NCBI GenBank assembly: GCA_951406725.2
Contig: OX597827.1
Coordinates: 82,336,001-82,400,000, forward strand
Length of the DNA: 64,000 bases
Direction: 5' to 3'
Source: Octopus vulgaris
Taxonomy: Eukaryota
Shown: piece after piece, positions 53,881 to 64,000 of the stretch
Layout of the letters: every line of letters starts with the position of its first letter
Numbering within the stretch: position 1 is the first letter of the stretch
Program-made: the position numbers and the translations under genes
Notes under the pieces: model-generated
Told to the model about the DNA's origin: nothing
What the model saw: only the letters and a program-made list of their open reading frames with translations
Databases searched by the model: none

Positions 53881-55763
53881 AGCTGGCTTAATCCACCCCA
53901 GGTGAATACCAGAGCAAATAAGCAAGTTGGAACAAAATTATATGAAATTCACTTGAAAAGCTAAATACATTTTATTGCATGCAGCCAGTCAAAATTATTG
54001 AACAATAAGAAATAAATATATTAATATTGGTCATAAATATAGCTTTACTGGTAGTAAATATGTTATTACTGGTCATAAATATAGTCTTACTCTTACTGAA
54101 GGAATTTAATGTTTATAAAAATAGGCAGAGCTGACTTCAATGAACCATTAAATGTTTTCTGATTCTGGATGTTAAATTGTTATAATATTTATCTCTGTTT
54201 CATTGCCAAATAATTTTTAACTCTCTTGATTCTGTTTATCATGAAACCACTTGAAGCCCTATGATGAAAACTTTATATTTTAAAATAATCTACATTAAAA
54301 TTTTCCACCAAAATTTAATGAAAATTTATGTTGCAAACACCAACTTAATAATGTCCAAGATTTTCTTATTAAATTCCTTCAGAATTTTCAAAATAAGAAA
54401 GAAAGCGTTCAAGCAAGACGGTATTGGTGTAGAGATATCTATACATGCGTGTACATACACACACACATATATATATTCATATATATGTGTGTGTGTATGT
54501 GTGTGTGTGTGTGTGGCCTAGCGGTTAGAGTGTTCAGCTCACAATCATAATTTAACAGGTTCAATTCCTGGATTGGCAGTGCATTGTGTCCTTTCTTGTC
54601 CCTTTAGTCTACTCAGCTATTAATGAGCACAAGCTGGGTACTGGGGTAGCTCTATCCCCTATCTCTCTCCCTCTCTCTCTCCACTTTACTTTGTCACCTC
54701 CTTGATGTCAAAAGATGTGACAGGTTGAGAGGATATCTATATCTGATAGTGACTAATTAGACACCTGAAATAATTAATTAACAAAACAATGATACATTAT
54801 CAATCCAGATACCCTTTGTAAGCCACAGTTAAGGTGTATGTGTACCACTACTTGCTGGTGTGAGCTGAGCTGACTCCAAGCAACAAGTTCACCATGTTCC
54901 TCACAAATGCTGACCACATCAGATGGACAACCCTAATGTTCCAGCAGGCAAAGCAATGCTTCTACCTGTGGCCCAAAAGTTCAGCTTGCAAATTTGCCAA
55001 ATGTCCCACTGGGAGAACAATCAAGTTAGATAACATGAACGTGGTAGCCATAGCCATCATTTGTTGTTGAGGAGTAGAGGTCATGTTTGGAGTTTCAGAA
55101 GAGCTTCAGTGGGAAAACAAGTTCACAAACAGTTCCTGGTCAAATGCATACAGACTTTGGGATAGTGTGGTCCATAGCAGCTCAACTGGCCATCATTTGA
55201 CGGCAGTCACAGAAGAGGATTCACTGACCATGGAACTGCAGATTATCAGAGTGGATGTTGCCTACATAAATAGATGCATACTGCACCCACTTGGACAAAA
55301 CACAGGCTTCTACCTGGCTTTTATGACCCCTGGTAATTGATCTAAGCCCAGACTTTCATTTACCCACATTAAGTCCTTCTCCAAAATTGATCTTTTGAAT
55401 CAAATGATCAATTACACATGACAACATAAGCAAATAAACAATAGAGAGAAAGATTAGCAGTTTCCAGATATACTCTACTGCATGTAGTGAGTACTCTTTC
55501 TTTGTAACCCTAAACATGTTTACTATACATACATACATTATGTGTGTGTGTGTTGTATAAATGTGTATAGTTATGTGTACATGATTAATGTATGGGTAAA
55601 TATGTGTGTGTTTGTGTGTGTGTAATGTATGTATGTGTTTGTGTTTGAGATGTATGTATGTATCTATGCATGCTTATATGTTTATATATGTCTACACACA
55701 CACACACACACATTTAAACTCCATTTGATATAAATTACAGTTTGGTACACAAGACACTACACT

Positions 55764-55810
<47 letters not shown>

Positions 55811-55946
55811 ATATATGTATGTAAAGAGAGAGATACATATGCATAAGCATACATACTCTTAAACAGATATATATACATACATATATATATATTTATATAC
55901 ACCCAGTCACATACACACACACATACACATATACATATATATATAT

Positions 55947-55987
<41 letters not shown>

Positions 55988-56392
55988 AGTGAACTGGGCT
56001 ACTAATATATCAATACAACTCATATACTAATACCTCCTCTCACTACTCCTCCACTACATAGCAACATAACCCCCCCTCTCCGCAGCACAATCTCCCCCTT
56101 CCACCTTCACACTCCCTCTCCAGTCTACTGTAAAGATATGACATTGAAATATTATGATATGTCATAGTTGAAACCATACTTCACGACTACTTACAGCTCT
56201 TTGTGGTGTGTACATGTTTACAAAGGCAATGGTAGTGTGTGTGTGTGATTGTATGTGCATTTGTGATGGTGCGAGCCTGTGTGTGTTTGAGTGTTTATTT
56301 AGTGTGTGTGTGTGGGTATCAGATATATGCATTCTAATGTGTATATAATGTCTGGCAAAATTATATGCATACATGTACACACATTATATATA

Positions 56393-56436
<44 letters not shown>

Positions 56437-57445
56437 TATATATATATCTTTACATACATATGCATGTGTTTGTGTGTTGTGCATGTGGATGTATAAGAAC
56501 AACTATACATACATACATATATATATGTATATGTATATCTCTATATATATATTTATATATATATATATACATAGATGTATATATATTGTACAAATGGCTG
56601 ATACAAACATGCACCACTAACCATACTATTGTGTACTCCACATCACTGACAACCAATGTGAAACATGCGCACATATACACATGTGCACATATACACATGC
56701 ACACATATACACATGCATGCCTATACACAGACCATACATGCATGATTACTTCCATGCTGTGTAGCATCACCCTGACATGTCCTAACATCAATATCAAGTT
56801 AAACAACCATGATTTGTGTTCCACATTGCCTTTTTCATGTGAACTACCACAAACTCCCCATCAACCGTCTCTCCCCTTTTCCTCTTCTGTTTCCTCCAGA
56901 CACTCCCTACCTCATCACTTTAATCCCCGCCCCCCTTCCAAACTTTGGTCATGCCCAGATTTGAACTGGTGAACTTACTCTAAGTTCAACCATACAGAAT
57001 AAAACAAGAATAAACTGAATGGTCTCATGCAGACAGGACGCGGTTGTGTAGTTAAGATGTTTGCTTTCCAGCTGTGTTGTGTCTGGTTCAATCCCAGTGC
57101 ATGGCACCTTGACCAAGTCTCTTATTATAGCCCAAGTAAACGGAAGCTGCATGAGTGATTTGGCAGACACAAACTGAAAGAAGCCCATCATATATATATA
57201 TATATATGCATGTGCGTGTGTGAGTACATATATATATATATATATTTCTATTATTGTGAGGATATAGATTCCTCTTAAAAAGGATGTTTACATCTAAGCT
57301 TCTCCCATTTAATTCCATATATCTATGAAATTTTCAGGAGTCCATTTTTACGTATCGGCACCAATATTAAACACATTATGGTTTTCAGGTATTTTTTATA
57401 GATTTTTGTTTCGCTTCAGTATATATGGGTATAATTTATTATAGT

Positions 57446-57824
57446 ATATGATAAAGAAGAAAGTGGAGAGTTTTAACAGAGAACTAACAATTTATTAGCA
57501 TTTGGTCAATTTACAGAAGCCTACAATTGTTTTTATATCTAATCTCATTCAAATTACAAATTTACAAATTAAAATTGCATTTTGAGTAATACTCAACAGA
57601 CTGTTGAGTAACACTCCATCAATTAAAATGTAATCTCTTTTGTGTCAATTTTTCGCTCTGAAGAAATATTTACCTCATAATTTTTCGAAATGCAATTTTT
57701 ATTTATAAATTTGTAATTTGAATGAGAGTAGATTTGGAAACAACAGTAGGCAAGTGTAAATTGACAGAATGTTAATAAATTGATATTTCTCTGTTAAAAC
57801 TTTCCATTTGCTTCATTATCATAT
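57446..57824. mobile_element. Palindromic element with hammerhead motif
   Basis: Arms ~57446-57585 and ~57685-57824 are inverted and diverged; central hairpin TACTCAACAG-A-CTGTTGAGTA. Confidence 0.8.
57655..57751 (+). ncRNA. Hammerhead motif with extended stem II
   Basis: GCT-CTGAAGA...GAAAC-AACA-GTA-GGC; the opposite arm reads AAAACAATTGTAGGC. Confidence 0.55.
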
Positions 57825-57869
57825 ATATATATATATTTATATATTTATATATATATATTTATATTTATA

Positions 57870-58187
57870 TATCACGTCATGTGATCACGTGACCGACTAG
57901 ACCATCAGATGTTGCTACACATCGCTGGTCACAATGCGTTCGCATTGTTTTAGCCTTCCAATGACAGCACCTTGCTGGCTAAATGAGCAGGCCAACAGAA
58001 GAAAGAGTGAGAGAAAGTTGTGGCGAAAGAGTACAGCAGGGTTCGCCACCATCCCCATGCCGGTGCCTCGTGGAGCTTTTAGGTGTTTTCACTCAATAAA
58101 CACACACAACGCCCAGTCTGTGAATCGAAGCCGTGATCCTATGACCGCAAGTCTGCTGCCCTAACCACTGGGCCATTGTGCCTCCAC
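57870..58187 (-). mobile_element. tRNA-derived SINE of a further family (resembles octopus OR-type)
   Basis: Minus GTGGAGGCACAATGGCCCAGTGGTTAGGGC..GACTTGCGGTC..TTCGATTC (A and B boxes). Confidence 0.75.
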
Positions 58188-58252
58188 ATATTTATATATA
58201 TATATATTTATATATATATATATTTATATATACATATTTATATTTATATATC

Positions 58253-58331
<79 letters not shown>

Positions 58332-59285
58332 ATATATATGTATATGTATGTATGTATATATGTATGTATATATGTGTACGTATGTATTTATATATATCTA
58401 TATACATATTATGTTGATGAAACAATTGTAAACCTTGGAATAAATGAAATACAACAAACTCTATTCATCCCTTATTCTATATATATATTTCTGTGTGTAT
58501 ATAGATATACATATATATATATACACACACACATCTATATATGTATCTAGATATTCTCTTTTATTATAAATTCATTATATATATGTGTGTGTGTGTTTCT
58601 ATATATATGTGTGTGTATGTGTGTGTATATATATATATATACACATGCACACACACACACACACACATATACATTTGCCACAACACCATATGCACAGATG
58701 CAGCAATCAGTTCGTATATGAAAACATAAATTTTCGCTCAACATTTCTCAAATATAAAAGAAGTTTGTATGAAACGTAAAATCAGTTCATGTTAGCCAGA
58801 GGCACGAAGGCTTCAGGCTGGTGCCATTCTATGCAAATCAGCCAAGGGGAAGACAGGAAAAGAATATGAGGGATGTTTGCCATATCTGCAAGTGGAAAAC
58901 ATATTTTGCAGACATTGCTGGAAAAATGTGAAAGTTTGGTGAGAGTTTGGGGATGGAAGTTGAGAATGCTGCGAAATAGTAGAAGACAGGAAAACTAGAG
59001 GAAATTATCAAGAGAGAAAGGTGTGGAGGAAGTTGAAGTGTTTACCTGTCAAGACTGTTGGACAATATTTTAAAGTTTTACATAATTTCTCATTCTCACA
59101 AATATATCAAAATATTTCGTTTATTTTTGTCTTTCAATTGAAAAAGAAACTAAAAAAAGGAAAAAAACAAACAAAAAACCCCAGAAATTTCACAAAGTGT
59201 TTCCATATTTTCACCATCAATCACAGTACAACGATCTGAATGATATATATATGTATGTATATTTATGTGTGTATGTCTATATACA

Positions 59286-59332
<47 letters not shown>

Positions 59333-59491
59333 CATTGCCATCATCATTTAACATCAGGTTTCCATGCTGGAAATATATATATCTATATAAATATATATAC
59401 ATTATCTAAATATATATATATATACACATACCATACATACACACACACATAGACATGCACACACACATACACACATATGCATATATATACA

Positions 59492-59565
<74 letters not shown>

Positions 59566-59574
59566 GAGAGAGAG

Positions 59575-59642
<68 letters not shown>

Positions 59643-60226
59643 GGATGGATATATATGTATGTATGTATATATATATATCCTTCAAGTTATTCCTGTATTT
59701 CACTGTCTTCTGTTTACTTTGCTTTCAGTTTGACAAAACCGTTTCTCCAGACAACTGCACTTTTACAAGTTCATTGTTGAAGTTGTTTGGTGAATATATG
59801 AATATTTTAAAACTGTTTTCTTCCTCAAACCATTTTTGGTTGTCACAACGAAACTCCGACAGAGCTGTAGGTGATGTTGTGCTTGCAAGAAGCAGGAAGG
59901 AAAAAAGAAAACTGCCAGCAAACAACATTAATTACAACGATTTAAAGAATAGAAAAATATGTTGTAGAAATACGAAAAGTTTATATTGCATGTATACACA
60001 CACGTATACACACATATATACATATATACATACATATAATGCAAGATGTAAAATGTAACAACATATAACTGATGTATATGTATAGATGCTTTCATATAAA
60101 TATGAAAGCATGTATACATTTATAGAAAGGGATTCTGCATTATGTTATGCACCAACAATAGTATATTGTTATTGTATATATATATGCATCACATAAAAAG
60201 TATCATGACTATATATGTGTGTGTGT

Positions 60227-60291
<65 letters not shown>

Positions 60292-60389
60292 TGTGTGTGT
60301 TATTGGGAAATGAAAGAAATTGACACTCAGCACATTCAGGAGGATTTATTTGTAATACTTAATAACATTTTAGCTGAGCTTCATTAAAC

Positions 60390-60600
60390 CTAAAGTTTCA
60401 TAAGCTGCTAGAACGAAGCTTAAGGACAACATCAACTACAAGATTCGTTCTAAGACCAGGCCATATATTAATGGATCAGAAGGATGTCCCATATGCTCAC
60501 TTGAAAAACCTATGAATCTTCAGGGACTATAAAAAGACTAAAAGCGATATTTCCTCATCATGCCCTCACTTTACAAAGTATATTTTAGGGGAAATTAGAT
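60390..60600 (+). mobile_element. Highly degenerate PLE endonuclease C-terminal fragment
   Basis: INYKIRSKTRPYINGSEGCPICSLEK..ISSSCPHFTKYIL, matching the PY..CxLCxxEK..CxH..K pattern. Confidence 0.45.
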
Positions 60601-61234
60601 GTAAACTGCCAGACAGGCAATAACCTGTTAATTTGATTGCAATTCTATCAAGCTCCAATCTGTGAATATATACCCCTGTGCCATCACGTTTGTAGCAATA
60701 TATCCATTTTCCTTCCCTAACTGTAGGTACACCCCATGAATGTGCAGATGCCTAAGTACTAATAACCTTTCTATATATACATGCGTTTGCTCATCTACAT
60801 TAAAATTACCGTGTCATTTGTTTGAAGTCTTCCAGTCATTGTTCTGTTTATGTTCAAAGGGTTTGGGGGAAATATTGCCTTACTTGGAAACAAATGAATG
60901 TTTGTGACTGGAAGAGCATCCAACTTCAACAAATTCTGTCTTAATCATGACAAAATAAAAAGTGAATGGTAAAACGAAGGAGGAGGAGGAGAGGGGTAGG
61001 GTCAGGATGGAGATACCATATCTTATATACTATATTGTGTGATGTAATCAGTAACATACTTGATACTCCGAGTAGTAGCAGAAACCATACTCAACATTTA
61101 CTCTCTGATTGTCCATGAAGCATGGAGCACCTTCTTGTTTGTAAACATAAATGTATACATACAGACACGCACATACATACAAGCACATATATATGTCTGT
61201 GTGTGTGTGTGTACATATATAGAGAGAGAGGGAG

Positions 61235-61305
<71 letters not shown>

Positions 61306-61666
61306 GTGCCTGAATATTGTACAATCTGACAGGTTGGATGTGGAGAGAGAGAATGGCAAAGAAAGATATAGAGAGGAAATTGGAGAGTGAGACACCGAGA
61401 AGAAGAAGAAGAAGAAGAAGAAGAAGAGAGAGGGAGAGGTGATATTATATGATAGAGCTGTAGAGGTCAGCCATACATCATAACAAGATGGCAGAAAGAT
61501 AGTGTGTGGTGAAGGGGAGATAACTTAGTGGCGGGCAGAGGAAGAAGTAGGAGGAGGAGCAGATTTGGTAAAGACTGAGAGTAGTGGTGGTGGTGGTGGT
61601 GGTGGTGGCGGTGGTGGTGGTGGTGGTGGTGGTGGTGGTGGTGGTGGTGGTGGTGGTGGCGGTGGT

Positions 61667-61711
<45 letters not shown>

Positions 61712-62129
61712 TTCCTGCAGCTGTGTCGATGTTGGAGACTTTGTATGGCTGTCTGTGTTACAGACACACAGACATACAAGCTCATGAACATATGCACACA
61801 CATATAATACATAAATATATATGCACACTCGTGTATGTATGCATATACAATTATACACATACATGCACACATGCACAAATTCATATATTCAAATGTACAT
61901 ACACGCATACATATATACATGCACAAATACATATATACATGCATACATATATATATATATATATACACATTTACATATATATATGCATACACACAAACAC
62001 ATACATACATTCATGCATGAATACATACATTTAGACACAAACACACACACACATACATAGGCACATACATATACACACAACTTTGTATTCTTAACTCGTC
62101 ATTGTGTTGTTTTTGTAATCTCTATAAAC

Positions 62130-62184
<55 letters not shown>

Positions 62185-62229
62185 TATGCATACATACATA
62201 CACGCATACATACACATACACACACATTT

Positions 62230-62680
62230 TTTTATCTTTTTGTCTTTTACCTGTTTGAATCATTGGACTGTGGCCATGCTGGGGCACTGCCCTGAGGAAT
62301 TTCACTCAGATGAACAGACACAGTACAGTACTTATTCTATCAGACTCTTTTGCCAAACTACTAGGTTACAGGGACATAAACGCACCAACACCGGTTGTCA
62401 AGCAAGGGTGGAGGACAAACATGTACAAAGACACACACACACACACACACACACACACATCAACCCATACAAGCATGGCAAATAGACATTAAATGATGAT
62501 GATGATAATATATATATATATATATATACTACAGGCTTCTTTCAGTTTTCATCTGCCAAATCCATTCACAAGTGTTTGGTTGGCCTGAGGCTATTGTCGA
62601 AGACATTTGTCTGTGGTGCCACCTGTAACTCTGTGGTTGGGAAGCATATTTCTTACCACACACACAAACCTGCACCTACA
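62230..62680 (-). mobile_element. tRNA-derived SINE (dominant family), diverged
   Basis: Similar to 21597-21989. Confidence 0.75.
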
Positions 62681-62716
62681 CAGCCATACATACACATACA
62701 CACACACACATATATA

Positions 62717-62749
<33 letters not shown>

Positions 62750-62766
62750 ATATATATATATATATA

Positions 62767-63278
62767 CTAGCAGTATCGCCCGGCGTTGCTCGGGTTTGTA
62801 AGGGAAATAACTATATAAGCATTTTTAGAGAGTTACTTCCCTTATAGATGCCAATTCAGGCTTTCTTAGCCATTTCTGTTTTGGTGTCTTCAAGCCATGA
62901 AGTCGTTGTTCTAAAAGAACGCTGGTCTCCTTGACAACGCTTTACGACGTTGATTTCCTTACACTCCCTTCCCCACAGCTTCACGAGGGAGGGAAGAAGG
63001 GGAGAAGCAAACAGGTGCAGCTGTGAGCGTGGACACCAACTCCGCCGCCATCGACACACGAAAAATTATGCATTAAAATGGAATAAAAAATGATGTTAAA
63101 TTATTTTTTAAATCGTAGACTCATCGTAGACGCGCGCTAATACTCAGACAGGCTTGATATGAATCACGACTATAAGATACCCGAATTTGGTTAAACTGCA
63201 CCGCAAAATGTGGGAGTAGTTAGGAATCTAAATCGAAGGGGACAGACACTGACACAACTACAGTTTTATATATATAGA
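62767..63278 (-). mobile_element. Non-autonomous Helitron
   Basis: Minus 5' A|TCTATATATATAAAA; 3' hairpin CCCGAGCAACGCCGGG then CTAG|T; AT target, no TSD. Confidence 0.85.
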
Positions 63279-63459
63279 TATGTATGTATATTCCACAGAT
63301 GAATGCTCTTCCTGTCACCAACCCTCAATGTCTCCAACTAAGGTAATATTTTCTCATGTGATATCAAGCTGCGGAGACATTAACACACATGCACACATCT
63401 GTCTATCTATCTATTTATCCATCCATCCATCCATCCATCCATCCATCTATATATCATCC

Positions 63460-64000
63460 TCATCATAATTTAATGTCTGCTTTCCATGCTGGCATGGGTT
63501 GAACAGTTTGACAGGAGGTGGCCAGCTGGAGAGCTGCCCAAGCTTCAATCTCTGCTTTGGCATGGTTTCTACAGTTGGATGCCCTTCCTAACATGCCAGC
63601 CACTTTACAGAGTGTACTGGGTGCTTATTACATGGCTTATTGCAGAGGTGTCAGTTTGAGTGCTTCCCACATGCCACCAGCCAGCTTGGGAGCTGTTAAT
63701 GTGATGCTGGTGGGAGCATTTTTACATGGTTCCAGCAAGGGTCATAAAGGACCTGCCTGTTTGCAGGGATGGCCACAGTTTTACTGAATTTGATGTGTCT
63801 TCCCAAGCACAGCAAATCACCAGATGTCTCAATCACTCATCATCTCTTCAGTGAAGCTCAATGTCTAGAGATCCTTTCTCACCATCTCATCACACACCTT
63901 CTTGGCTCTACACCTTCCACAGGTTCCCTCCACAATTAGAGACCAGCACTTCTTAATGCAGCTGTCCTTAATCATGCACAATTTTTCTCTTAAACCATTG
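63460..64000 (-). mobile_element. RTE LINE 3' end
   Basis: RTE tail plus TCGRCRAKKVCDEM (RGRPRKTW-like) remnant. Confidence 0.7.

Noticed and set aside
59700-59875. Plus-strand acceptor TTTGCTTTCAG with open frame
   Set aside because: Weak donors and no recognisable protein

Overview
AT-rich, microsatellite-dense animal DNA with no confidently callable host gene. The SINE and RTE repertoire looks like a coleoid cephalopod, probably Octopus; this is recognition from memory, not a database result. Most long ORFs in the track are translations of (TA)n, (CA)n or (AAT)n tracts. The recognisable content is transposon-derived: R4/Dong-type non-LTR remnants beside AAT repeats, RTE LINE fragments, a mariner, two DD37D (maT) remnants, a non-autonomous Helitron, MITE-like inverted repeats, tRNA-derived SINEs, and two or three Penelope-like elements (PLEs). 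The most notable signal is a set of minimal type-I hammerhead ribozyme (HHR) motifs at about 7 loci. Two lie at the 3' ends of GIY-YIG PLEs, and several lie inside short non-coding fold-back elements, most of which have a one-sided tail. One such element (1119-1697) is a head-to-head dimer of [tRNA-like Pol III head + (AAT)n + hammerhead] with an 11-bp target-site duplication, i.e. a candidate Penelope-mobilised ribozyme SINE. The window also has a cluster of three co-oriented CTCF-type motifs and a PLE with twin-priming-like 5' inversion geometry. All folds were read by eye; coordinates of degenerate elements are approximate.
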